A stretch of 64,000 nucleotides of DNA, from positions 248,001-312,000 of the forward strand of contig NW_026929666.1 in the NCBI RefSeq assembly GCF_032062105.1, in the 5' to 3' direction. The position numbers and the translations under genes are program-made. Positions 38,701 to 49,989 of the stretch are shown here, piece by piece. The DNA comes from Saccostrea cucullata. Lineage: Eukaryota. How positions within the stretch are numbered: the stretch's first letter is position 1; every line of letters begins with the position of its first letter. A model generated the notes under the pieces. That model was not told the DNA's origin, did no database searches, and worked only from the letters and a program-made list of their open reading frames with translations.

Positions 38701-41700
38701 TTTTGTTATTGAATAAAACAAGAATTACTTGCATATAAAAAAAAAATAGAATTTACTCAGAATCAGAATTTTATGTATATTTGCAATTTCGAAACAGCTC
38801 CTCATAAGGAGAGTAGTTAGATATATTTTATTACAGCGAAACTTCGTGTTGAGAACACAGACTGTTTTTCTACGCTCTAACACTCGCTTAAGAAACATAG
38901 TGATATGTTCTTTTAAATCAATTCCAAATTCACCTTCAAGCTGAAATTACCCATCTAAAAGCATAATATATTTCAATATTTGACAAATATAACTGTAGGG
39001 CAAGAATGCAATAGTTGTGTACAAGATTTTACCACCATTTCACGACACTTTCTCGGTTGACGGTGAAGGCATCATCAAAGTACAAAACCCCTCTATGATG
39101 GACCGTGAAAGTGGGGATGGAACAATAACGATAAAGGCAAGTCAATCTAAGTTTTTTTTTCAAAATTAGTCAATTCATTTTTTAAAAAAGTATATAAGCT
39201 TTCTAGCGTCCCCTCGGGAATGGTTCGTTCATATTGAGAAGCCCCCATTCACCAGTGGAGAGCCGCAATTTTAAACCTGTACTCAATACTTACGGTCTTT
39301 GATATTTTCTACTAGCACCTATTGTAACATTGGAGATTGGTGGTTTATACGGTCTCGTCCAAGGATCGGTCTCAAAATTCCGTAGTGGTATTCGATGAAT
39401 ATGTAAGAAGCTACCCTAAGTCCGTGATTTTAAAGGAAATGCTCTAACCACTGTACTATGGTTGCAAATTTTGATAAAAATTTTCTTTGAAACATATAAG
39501 TAGTTGTAACTTTATCATTATATTTTAACCTTTAAAGGTATCTGCATATGATAAAGAAAGTGGGAAACCTTCTACTTCAACAGCTACCGTGTTTCTAACA
39601 TTATTGGACATAAATGACATGGCCCCTGAATTTCAACCGCCTAAATATGCTTTTCCGTTGTCGATAGGTCTTACAGTGGGTGACATCATTGGACAAGTAA
39701 TGGTAAGATTATCATATTAGCTGACTACTATATACATGTTTACCCCTGAACCAAGACACATCTTCTAGATTACCTATTTTGGTTATTCATTTGGTCTTTT
39801 TTTATATAAACTGTAGGCCAAAAAAAGAATTTTATATAACTTATTTATTTATAACTTTCAGGCTAAAGATGGAGATGAAAAGAACACTCCTAACTCAGCA
39901 ATAACATACAAACTGGAGCAATCTTTGTAAGGCCAATCAATAAATATTACTTTAATTCTGTTTTTATACCGTTGGGTATTTTTTCATGTCAAGATCTTTT
40001 AAAAATTATTATTAATAGATATTGTTTAATTTTAACAGATCATCGAGCATGTTCTCGATTAATAATTCCACTGGAGTGATTACTGTTAAGAAGATACCTC
40101 CTCTGGCAATGAGCATCATTGAGTTAGCGGCTCTAGCTGCAGACCACGGAGAACCACCACTTCAGTCTTATGCACAGATACTAGTACGTCTAGGTTTTTT
40201 TCTTTTTTACTTAATCTTTAATATATAAAATTTCCGTGGCATCACATTTCTGCTGATATCAGCCAGACACAATTAAAATTACTCCCGAGTGTTCCTTTTA
40301 GTTTCTAATGTGTACAAGTCTGGCTCTAATAAATGGATATACTTGCACTAAGAATATAAGTACGATGTACTTCTTGTGCAAAAGCTATAAAATGAAATTG
40401 GCCTACATACATGTATGCTTTTAATCTTAAAGTAAAATGGAATGAACAATATTTCTCCTTAAATGAATGTATTTTGGTAACATTTGTGTAACATTTTTGA
40501 ATAATTGTTTTTCATTATTTTCAGTTGTCAAGAACACATGTAACAGGGCTTTCCGTTAAATTTACTGTTCCTGAGAGTGAGGCAGAGGTGCAGAAACGCA
40601 AGATAGACATTCAAGAGTATGACTTTAATTGTTTTTTTTTTCTTATAAATGGTTTTCTCTTTCTGGTTGTCTTTTAATGATGTATTTATATATTCTGATC
40701 TTATTCATATGACTCTTTTTGTCAGAGATATTAGTAAAATATTAGATGTGGACGTATCGTTGGACAAAATAGAAAAAGTGAACGGAAGCAAACAATCGTA
40801 AGTTTCCAAATTTTCTTCTCCATGTAACTAAATGAAATATAATCTGTCGAGAGTTGATTAATTTTTTTCTTACTTTCCAGGTGTTATTTGAGCATAACAG
40901 CAAAATTTCAAAATGACACGGATGTTAGTGGAAATGTGCTGCAAGGGTATTTAGTCTATTGATTTCATTTTCCCAAAAAGAACACACTAAATAGCTTTCT
41001 TTAACTGGAAATTGAAATTCTCCTTTAACCTTTAAAATTTTTGACGTAAATAATTTGGAAGATATTTCAAAAGAGCAGAAATCAAAGTTTTTGTGATTTT
41101 ATTTCGATTTTTTTCGTTTAAAATAAGCACAATGACAGAATATATCTGTAATTAAAAAAAAAAGCCATATTCTAATGCCATATACTTTCATCTTAGAGAT
41201 ATGCTATGAAAACAAAAGGTCGCTATTAAAAAAATATGTCTGAATTGTTAAATGTTACATGAATATTTCGGCAGATTAGTTCTACAACATATGGGTGAAA
41301 TTTTGTCACTGTTTTCGCATGGAGAAACAGCTGCTAAGCAAGTGAGCTCAGAAGATAAATTTCCGCCAGCAGTAATCGCCCTTATTGCTATATGTGGAGT
41401 TATGTTTATTGGTACGATAATACTCATAGGGGTCATCTACCAAACAACGAGAAGGTATATTCATGTATTTTTTGGCCCTTTATGAAAGATTTTTGGTCAT
41501 AATTATTTTTCTGTTTGTCTATACAGGTAGTTGTTTTTTTATTCTGGTTGGTGCTAAAATTTTCAAATTTACATCATTTCCCTCTGACAAGTCCTTCCCT
41601 TAAATATCGAGTTATTGATGACCATGAACTTAAATCTGACCTGCTTTTGTCTTATTTTTCGTAAAACCCTAACTTTGGAAAGTACCTTTGTTAGTGTATC

Positions 41701-42921
41701 ACAATTTCTCACTTGAATTTGATGTTTGACCTACTTAAGTAAAATTATATGATCTTGGTAATTTCATAAATTTTAAAAAATTGAATCTGTGGCTTTTATT
41801 TTGCACTGCATTATTTCTAGTGATAAATCCGTTTTTGTGCCATTTTTTATGACCCTGAAATTTAACCTTTTTTAGTCAGATGTGTCCTAAATGGCATCAG
41901 CGTTTTAAAAACATAGTAGAAGATTAAAACTTCGTTAAATAGTGACTAAATTTCTTCTTTTAAAATAACCAACACTATTACAAAAACATATTATAAATTG
42001 TTACATTTCTCACTTTATAGGTTTGATAGATATAAACAACTTAACGACCACCTTACGAGAAAAAGTTCCTTGTATGAATCACAAGAGATGAAGATTCAAA
42101 TGGACGACGAACAAACCTCGGATTACAACGGATCAATAAATGGATCCCATGACTTGACAAGTTTACATAATGCAAAAACAGGCGAACTTAAAGAGGGAGT
42201 TGTATCAGCATTTACAAATCCAGCTTATAACGATGCCGAAGAAACCACAGTAAAACTGGATCCTGCAGAAGAAGAGGCTCAGCAGACGTTGAATGATTTA
42301 GCAAATCACCTTGATGCAGAAGATACCAACATCATGCCTGTGGACAGTTATAATCCGTCGGAGAGTGATGTTGAGGTGGAAATTAAACCAGATTACGATG
42401 CACCAAATGATTATATTAATGCTCCTTTGAAATTTGACGACAATAGTGCACCAGGCTACGAAAATGTCACAAATTCATCAAAATCATTTGATGTTCCAGA
42501 AGATTATCCAAATGATAGGAAGGATACTGATACAATTCAAGACGATGACAATAAAAATGAACAAAATGAGGACAAAGATGAACCGAATCCGGATTATGAA
42601 GTAAAGGCCGTACGTTTCTCGACGCAAGTGTTGGACACAGATGAAAATAAATTTGAACCTCTGAAAGAAAAGGATACTACTGATGCTAAGAAAGATGAAG
42701 AGTCGGGTGAAGACATTGATGATGGAGAGGAGGAAGATGATGATGAAGAAGATGATGACTCTAGAGAAAACCTTGATCAAGGGAAAGATGATGACTTTGG
42801 GGACGGTATTGAAATTGAACGCCCCGATGAGGAAATTCTGTCTCCAAACGAAACTCTTCCTGACGATAATGAAGCAGAAGAGGATAATACTCCTCGCTTT
42901 GCTTTTGATACCAAACTGTGA
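23767..42921 (+). CDS. Cadherin-related (CDHR/PCDH15/CDH23/Cad87A-like) single-pass receptor, 21 coding exons, ~982 aa
   Basis: Hand-spliced, phase-consistent open frame: 23767-23771, 25573-25628, 25743-25799, 27454-27602 (or 27608), 27724-27762, 28255-28350, 33193-33285, 36250-36378, 36758-36871, 37439-37541, 37803-37912, 38342-38515, 38999-39136 (GC donor), 39538-39702, 39862-39926, 40039-40183, 40525-40616, 40726-40797, 40881-40946, 41275-41454, 42021-42921. Start context aaaATGG; signal peptide MGAKIGALLFSILSIIEYCSA. Cadherin motifs DVDDMDPVF, ATDRD, LDRE, DINDNVPEF, AVDKD, MDRE, DINDMAPEF, AKDGD, ADHGEPPL. TM AVIALIAICGVMFIGTIILIGVIY; tail ends FDTKL*. The first six exons are less certain than the rest. 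Confidence 0.9.
26300..26480 (+). mobile_element. Naiad-type PLE 3' motif (in cadherin intron)
   Basis: gacaaggagcacacggcggg...cctccatggcacct.atcccacct..ga...gttcgtgtttgctc. Confidence 0.7.
26568..27040. mobile_element. Non-autonomous DNA element with tattatac/gtataata termini and a subterminal hairpin (family uncertain)
   Basis: Short inverted termini; internal near-perfect inverted repeat gaagacttattcagc / gctgaataagtcttc within 26935-27013. Confidence 0.5.
28489..29134. mobile_element. Tc1/mariner-type MITE
   Basis: 24-bp TIRs aggggtgttaagaaagttcgttcc / ggaacgaactttcttaacaccctt (1 mismatch), with TA on both sides. Confidence 0.85.
30190..30360. mobile_element. Degenerate palindromic MITE remnant
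   Basis: ttt(g)ccccgtt.t motifs on the left face aaaacgggggcaaaa on the right; no clean termini. Confidence 0.35.
30820..31015 (-). mobile_element. Naiad-type PLE 3' motif (complete copy)
   Basis: ggagcagagcaaacac.gacct.caaaacatc.ga.gtgggatcaggtgc...ggagtaagcat.ccctgctgaccggtcacacccg. Confidence 0.8.
31901..33078. mobile_element. hAT-like non-autonomous element with AATTAC/GTAATT subterminal arrays; right TIR missing
   Basis: Starts cagggatggggtcaat. Dense gtaattaattaaattacaattac arrays at 31925-32060 and 32960-33078. Confidence 0.6.
33395..35555 (+). mobile_element. Degenerate Naiad-type PLE carrying two nested insertions
   Basis: KHSDCT, DNVYVAF, DFSYSYEAGFIQNL, AFNSTFRYTEDV, KAYDKRDDFNF; thumb remnant at 34361-34560; 3' motif at 35410-35555. 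Confidence 0.8.
34567..35346. mobile_element. Kolobok-like non-autonomous TIR element nested in the PLE
   Basis: TIRs agccgcttactccga / tcggactaagcggct with flanks ttaa and ttga; the PLE sequence resumes on the far side. Confidence 0.75.
35611..36164. mobile_element. MITE with long imperfect TIRs and an internal array of ~21-22 bp palindromic repeats
   Basis: ta-cggaagcc..tttagga.ct.tcaaaaaatat...ttcgatat versus atatcgaa...atattttttgataggtcctaaaaaggcttccg-ta; interior made of variants of aattcgttataacgaatt. Confidence 0.8.
39200..39466 (-). mobile_element. Degenerate tRNA-headed SINE
   Basis: Minus strand begins gcaaccatagtacagtggttagagc (A-box-like); body homologous to the 43895 copy. Confidence 0.55.
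41505..41912. mobile_element. Degenerate Helentron-like remnant in the last cadherin intron
   Basis: Repeated tgacc/tttgacctactt motifs typical of these elements; boundaries approximate. Confidence 0.3.
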
Positions 42922-43894
42922 TATGTGAATGTTGAGAGTATACATAATCAATGCTGATGACTTCATTTTTGAAGGGTTACAAATCAAAATCTTTTTGCAA
43001 TATTTTTAATATAAATTTTAAAAAAAACATTACAAAGCAAACAAATATAGAAATGGTATTGTTCTTTAATCCTCCTCTTAAAACCAACTGTGTACTGTAA
43101 AATGTGCTTTGTTTTAGAGACATTGTTTCAGAAGAATTCACCTTACCTTCTGCTGAAAAAGAAAAAAAATGTATTTGATAAAACAATATCATTTTTCACA
43201 TTTTGCCCAATGGTCAGTTACAAATAATCAATAATCACCGATTCAAGAACATTTCGTTTAAATAAGCATTGAGTTTGTAGAGGGAAACTTATCTTATTAT
43301 ATGATGTGTTAATATACTTTAACGAAGTGCTATGCATATTCTTGCCTTTGTATGTAAACTTTTTAGAAGTAATTTTGTGCGTGTGTTTTATTATTTTTTT
43401 TTGTGTGTCAAACACGTTTGAGTACATCATGCCGCCATATACTTCATTCAGTTACCGTGGTATCATTGTAGTAAGCAGAAAGTATAATTATCGAATATCA
43501 AAATATTCGAAGTATATTATAAATATGATTATAAATTACATAATTTTTGTAAGAAAGAATAAGGTTTTGAGCTGAATTTACATACTTTTTATACTTTGGA
43601 AACTTAATTTATACTGTTATGTAATTGATGATGTACCCCATAAAATTTGTTTTTATTAATAATGCATTTTCTCAAAATGGCCTTCATTTTGTATGATTAA
43701 CAAATAAAATATAAATATCAACTGTATCATTATCTTTGTAAGACAGATTATATAAATGTTTAATCTTCCTGGAAGACATCTGAAGTAAAAGTACCTATTT
43801 TACTCTTGTAGTCACCTGGTCTCACCTTTGGGAATTTCGTGTTTTATGCATTCTTCAAAGCTTTCTATTGTTTAAATTATGTTGAGATAGAATT

Positions 43895-44165
43895 CGTTTG
43901 TTTGTATGTTGTTTACCGTTTCTCTTGAGAATTTCTTTTCATTCATATGGAAACACCACCATTGCCGGTAGAGAGCTGCAAATTTTGACCGTTACTTAGC
44001 ACTTGCGGCCATTGAGCAGGACTTAACATTTTCGTGCTAGTACCAACTGTCACACCGGACTTCGATTTATACGATCTTATCCAATGGACCTGTCTCCACG
44101 TACAACAGTGGGATTCGAACACGCGACGTAAGGATCGACTCTTTACTCCGCGACACTTTTACTAT
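43895..44165 (-). mobile_element. tRNA-headed SINE with (AAAC)n-like tail
   Basis: B-box GTTCGAATCCC on - (gggattcgaac at ~44110-44120). Body caccattgccggt..agagctgcaaattttgacc; tail gtttgtttg on +. Confidence 0.75.
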
Positions 44166-45513
44166 GAATAAAATGCTGCAGATATTAAATAGCGATCACA
44201 GTGAACTTCGACATGTGTGAGGAAAGTTATTTTTAAAGAGAAATGTATTTACATTCCACACGGAGAATTTCCTCATAAGAAGTTGAATCTTCGTCACGAG
44301 TGAAAATCAACATTTATGTTCGCATCAAGTGTTCAAGGGTAGTAATTGTTGTGATATATATTTCTTCCAATAATTTTAACATACTCAAAGGAAAAAAGGG
44401 GTTAAATATATATCTTTCATTTGCAGACGGGGCAGTGAGTCTTAAATGTAAATATAAACATTGAATTAAAATACTTTCCGTATATAACTACAACGATTTG
44501 CGAAACAAATTTTCATTACTCGCTAATGCTATTGCTCATTTTGTTTGCACACACCCTTCAAATAATGAGACATCTTTTAAAAATAATAGTTCAACACTTT
44601 ATAAATTCTACTTTGAGTCATTGCATTGTGAAATCGATGACCATCATTAAAACACTGAAGAGTAACTCATCAACGGATGTTGAAACTTACCTTCACTTCC
44701 GCCTGCTAAATATGGCAAGATAAAATTTTTCTTGAGAGACGGAAGGTGTTGATCACGCATTAAAGGGTTTTCCCATGTTTTGTCTTAGTGATATTGGACT
44801 TTGTGCATCATGTACACATGTATCAAGATATATGCATTTAAATGATATAAGGGAATTATAACTTCTTTACGTATTTTGTATTGTCTTCCCTATTGTAATT
44901 AAATGCCCATCTAAAACAATTATTTTTTTTATTTTTTGGAAAAAAGTGTAAACTCATTGATAGAGATGATATTATAATTAATATAATTATAATTGATATA
45001 ATTAAATTGATTCATTCATTCAATCTTTATTTCCCCCATTCGGAGATTTCATGATCATTCAAATTAAATCTTACAATACATAAAGAACAGCAAGAAAATA
45101 ATAACATATATACATGTTATAGACGATGTTGGTAGTGTTATAATTTTCCGTTATTTGCAAGATTAGTATGCACAGACTGAAGCAACATTTGTATCATAGT
45201 ATAACAATGCCGGGATAACACTAGGGTTTACATTATTTAAAGTAACAACAAAGAAAAACAATTTAGTATACTCAGTATGTGAATTATACATTCTTTACTC
45301 TCATCGATTGTACATGATATATTTGTTCAATATCCTATTTGGAACAAAAGAGGCACATATCCATCTACATCTGATACATGTAACCTGACTCTCTGTTAAG
45401 TCTGCCAGGTGCCGACGGTTTTCAATAAAATAAGAGTTTGAAAGTCGTCTTTCGTATTTTTATATTTATGATATCAAGAGTTACATTATGTAAGTTTCAC
45501 AATGTTATAACAA

Positions 45514-46521
45514 CTATGTATTTTCTGACTGTTCTGTTTCTAATTTGGTTTTGCAAAACAGTCCAGCTTTCAGTTCTGATCTGAATTTATCATCCATGAA
45601 AGCGTATATAAAAGGGTTAGCCAAATGGTTTACTATGTAAAACAACTCAACCATCCGAACAATACCGTATTCCGCGACAGAAAGTCTCTCCCAAATTCCA
45701 ACTATTGCACTCTCCAAAATGAACGTAACAAGTCTTGTTATGAAAGATATTATAAAGATTATGGTAATGATCATAAACATCAAAGAAACATTGTTGCTCT
45801 TTTTCTTATCATTTTCTTTTGAGTTGGTCTGATAAAAAGTTGACAAAGGTTCCCTCTTCCGTCGAAATATGACTTTTGCTATTTCTGCATAAAAGAAAGT
45901 GAGAGCAATTGCTTCAGCTACCATAAACAAAGCACAAATGACACTGTGGATTAAAGACACTGTTTGGGTGGAAGAGGTGAGTCTACGACAAGCAGTCCCT
46001 GTCACATTCATTTCTTCGTTGTATACCATCTCTGATCCAAAAGTGAAGTACGACGGAATAGCAAGTCCAATAGATAAAACTAATGAAAGCAGCAAAGAAG
46101 TCCTCCTCCAAAACAATGTCATCTGTCCATCAAATGGTTTGCAGACTTTTAAGTAGCGTTGTACAGAGATTAACAAAAGAATGAATGCGGAGAGAATGGT
46201 TGTTAAAAATGCCAGTGTGAAACTCCAACTACACAGGTCATTATATTTGAATGTGACTGGGAAGAAGTTAGTCATGGCATGCAACGCCACTGATAATATT
46301 AGAGCCAGTAGATCCGCCAAAGCTAAATATGGAATGAAATAACGACCACTGTGTTTCCCTTGTAGACGAAACCCGTAGATATATAACACAATAATGTTCC
46401 CAGGAACTCCAACAGTTAAAGATACGAATAGGTATACAGTGCATGGGAGAAAGGAAACAAATCTTATATTATCCCACAACTCAAGCCTGCTTTCCTCGGA
46501 TAGATTAAGGTAAGGATTCAT
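45514..46521 (-). CDS. Intronless rhodopsin-like (class A) GPCR, orphan peptide-receptor-like, 335 aa
   Basis: Single ORF with seven hydrophobic segments. TM1 GVPGN, TM2 LALADL, Cys at the top of TM3 and in ECL2 (TACRR), ISVQRY at the DRY position followed by VCKP, TM7 NHLANPFIY, helix 8 DDKFRSEL. Confidence 0.93.
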   Translation of the reverse strand: MNPYLNLSEESRLELWDNIRFVSFLPCTVYLFVSLTVGVPGNIIVLYIYGFRLQGKHSGRYFIPYLALADLLALILSVALHAMTNFFPVTFKYNDLCSWSFTLAFLTTILSAFILLLISVQRYLKVCKPFDGQMTLFWRRTSLLLSLVLSIGLAIPSYFTFGSEMVYNEEMNVTGTACRRLTSSTQTVSLIHSVICALFMVAEAIALTFFYAEIAKVIFRRKREPLSTFYQTNSKENDKKKSNNVSLMFMIITIIFIISFITRLVTFILESAIVGIWERLSVAEYGIVRMVELFYIVNHLANPFIYAFMDDKFRSELKAGLFCKTKLETEQSENT

Positions 46522-47346
46522 CTCCTTTGAAACGTATAAAAATAGTTAAATTTCTGATGGATTTTTTTTCTTGTAATATGTGCTCGACAACAGTATTTCA
46601 GGGATGGTTTTCTTGTTTGAAAATCAATTTCCAATGAAAACTAAATAAGATGAATCACCAAAAAACATTGAATACTCCATGTGAATTGTAAATGCCTTGT
46701 AAATTCACGAAACAAAATATAATATTAACAAAATCATCCTAGTTGATGGAGAAAGCAACAGAAAAGCATCTTTGTCACTTTATATGGATCTATTTCTAAA
46801 AGGAAGTGAATTTGAAGTACTTCTACTTAGATCATGTGATCCACTATCTCTTAATTTTTTAAATGTAACTATTCGTTTCATAATTGCTAGTTGAATACAT
46901 TTGAACATTTAAGATATCAAGTTCAAAAATATGAAAAAATTACTTTGCTAAGCAATTTTGTCTATACTTTTCACAAACAAGAATTTAAATATTATATATT
47001 TGTACAGAAATGAGGCTCAGTAAGGTTTTAGACAGGACAAAAGATTGAAGCTGAAAAAGCAAAGCTTCCATACCTTTATTTTTCGACTTTTGAGTCCTGC
47101 TAACTCTAGAACTAGTACTGTTGTCAATGTCTTATCTTAACCAACTTAGGAAATAATTTGTAGGACGTCAAAAAACAATCTAATGTCAGAATTTATATTT
47201 AAAGAGCCGCTGAAGCCATGAAAATATATTGTAGAAATCGCCACCTTCAATTATAAGCCATTGAAATGTTCAAATTGTTGACTTGTTGCGGTTGATGTTA
47301 ATGTGATGGTTGATGTTCATATATGTGATGTTGAATTTGAAAATTA

Positions 47347-48422
47347 CGAGGGTCGTCCGTATAGTTCGTGGACAAGCTACAAATTAAATAAAGTGCCATT
47401 GATAATTCGTATAAGCATATTTCTAATCCTTTACTAAAGGTGATTTGAGAAATGTAAAATCTTATTCAATTTCAGATGTTTAATTACAATTATGGCTTCA
47501 TAATTAGACTTGGAATGGAGACCCGGAGCACCACAAAATTGTAATTTAAAGATTATTTATCACTTTATAAATTCCATTTGTATTTTATAACATTCCGCGG
47601 AAATCTGGATGACTTTTACATCATGAGGTTGACAGAAGTTATAACGTCAAACCAGCAAAATTTGAACCTTCAAAGTTTTAAAATGGGTGAGCAATCAACG
47701 TTAGAACATTTTAAGACAGGATCAGAATTGTTCAAAAAGGGACGTTTTCGGAAAAGATGGAGCAGTGGGCAGTGATAAAAGTCTGTGTAGACATCGGAAA
47801 AACACCTACAGAAACCCATAAATTCTGTAAACAATCGGGAAAACATACTTAAAGAAGCCGTTCATTAGCATTTAAGTGGCATGTGATATTTTTGGACGGA
47901 AGGAACAGTTAACAGGATGACATGCGTGAAGGAAAACCATCATCCGAGACTGCAGTGCTGTAAAATATGAATTTCGTAACGTGACTATGCTGTATTTCAG
48001 TAAATAAAACCGTTGTTACTCTGACAGAGGTTGGATGATTTGCAGGATATGAGAAATGCATTGTTAAATATTATTTTCCTATGAAACCTGAACATTTTTG
48101 TGCAAATTTTTATGACTGGTTAAAGCGACATAAGAAATGTATTGAGTTAAGCGGTGACTTTGTTGAGAAAAGTTACATGTACTCGTTTAAGCTTTTGACG
48201 TCGGGTAACGTCAAGAATTTTCGTTTGAGTGCTCCGGATATGAGTGTGTGTCTTTTTTGTATCTGATAAAAATATACATGTAACTATTTGTGCTTTGTTT
48301 TTGTTGAAAACTTTCATTAATAAAATGAAACATGAATTTAATGAAATTAATTGTTTCTTATATTTTATCAATGTTTGTCAGAAATTATCTATCTTGTTCA
48401 CGAATTTTACGGACAACCCTCG
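47347..48422 (+). mobile_element. Internally deleted mariner element
   Basis: ~30-bp TIRs cgagggtcgtccgtatagttcgtggacaag / cttgttcacgaattttacggacaaccctcg with TA target duplication. Transposase N-terminal HTH remnant EQWAVIKVCVDIGKTPTETHKF (~47760) and C-terminus WLKRHKKCIELSGDFVEK (~48117-48170); the DD34D core is missing. Confidence 0.92.
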
Positions 48423-49989
48423 TATATCTTATACAATATAAATCAAAGTACACAGAAGTACTGAAAGCCGGGCTCATTTACAGGGTAATGAACAAAGACC
48501 GTAGTGACAGTTTAAAATCAAGATCAGACGGTAAGAGGATATGTTACAAACAAAATATCTCAGTGGCATGTATAGTGTTAAAAAGTTTTTAAAATTAAAT
48601 AAAAAATAGCTAGAAATTAAGCACGAAAAATATTTATCATGTTTATCACATGTATCGTTTCGGGGTTTTATATACAAACACCGATGCAGCAAGATAAATT
48701 AAGGTCAAACGACTATGCACTGATGTGTCCTCAGCGGGGAGTTTTGCATCAAGTCATTAATGATGTTTCCTGCATTTGTGTTAGCCTGATAGTACAACAT
48801 TTATTTATAGAATATGACGCAGACAGGGATACCTGATGAAAATCTTTCGCACCTTTTGAACCCCTTAGTAAAATATAAGTCAAAGGAGCCAGGAAAATAT
48901 TAAACAATTTAATATTTTGGCCAAATGTCAAACAATTGTCAAAAACTATTGTCCCAATAAAATTTCAGCAATCAATATTTTGATATATTTAAATATTCGA
49001 TTTACTATTTCTTAAGGTGTTTGAATGGATTTTGTTTTCTTAACAGCGGCTGGGCGTACGTACTATATTTTTACTTGTAAACTCCACTTGGCGGTGAAGA
49101 AGCAGCATTTTCTGTTGCTCACCATCGCAATAGCCGGGCATTGCTCTACGAGCTATGATCCCGGCTAATAAAACGCAAAATCATGTTACATAATTCGTGG
49201 TATTTTGTGTTGAAATGTTTCCATAGCACGATTTAGGTCAACCTATTGTGCCTCTGTGGACAATTCCTGCCAATTCGAATTTAACATTTAAGTTAAAAAA
49301 GGTGTTCGATAATCAAGACATGTTTTGAAAATAAATGAAAAGTTATATAGCTAAGCACTTGGAGGTTTTTTTTAATAAATAAATTCCATAAGTTACTAAC
49401 GTCTTGATCGACCTACCTTCGAATTAACTTGTATATATTTTATTCTGAATTTCTGATATCAAATATTCCAAAACTCAAAACGAACATAGTTTAAGTGAAA
49501 TGCACTTTTGATATCGGCATTCCAACATCTCACCTGCCTTCTATTCTTCAGAAATATGAAGTATTTTCAGTTGGTATTTTTGCAAATCTCTTCAACTTTG
49601 GACTTAACCTTCTGAATAATTTTGAATATTTTATGTTGTGTTCGCAATGGCTTTTGAGTCACATTTTTGGCCTCAAAATCATTTAAACAATTCTCAGTTC
49701 CCTAAACACTAACAACAGCTATTATTTTATTTTAATCAAATTACATATATGAATTTTATTACACATTGATTAAAACACGTTGCTTTAATTGCATGTATAG
49801 GCATTGTGATCACCACTGATAAATAAGGTTTTTGTAATCAATTTGGTCCTGGAGGGAAATTACCAAAAATTTTATCAAAACAAAATACGATTTTGATATA
49901 CATTTTCAAAAAAGAATCTTTATTTTGTATTTGTGAAGAATTGACGTTTGTACATTAGCTTTTGCGCATTTTTCTACACACAGTTATTG

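Noticed and set aside
42484-42987. Antisense or alternative-frame ORFs over real genes (also 45625-46156, 49948-50346, 55049-55978, 60623-61875)
   Set aside because: Shadows of the true coding strand, favoured by low-complexity codons.
44100-44165. tRNA gene
   Set aside because: Only a B-box-like motif with no cloverleaf, and contiguous with a SINE body.
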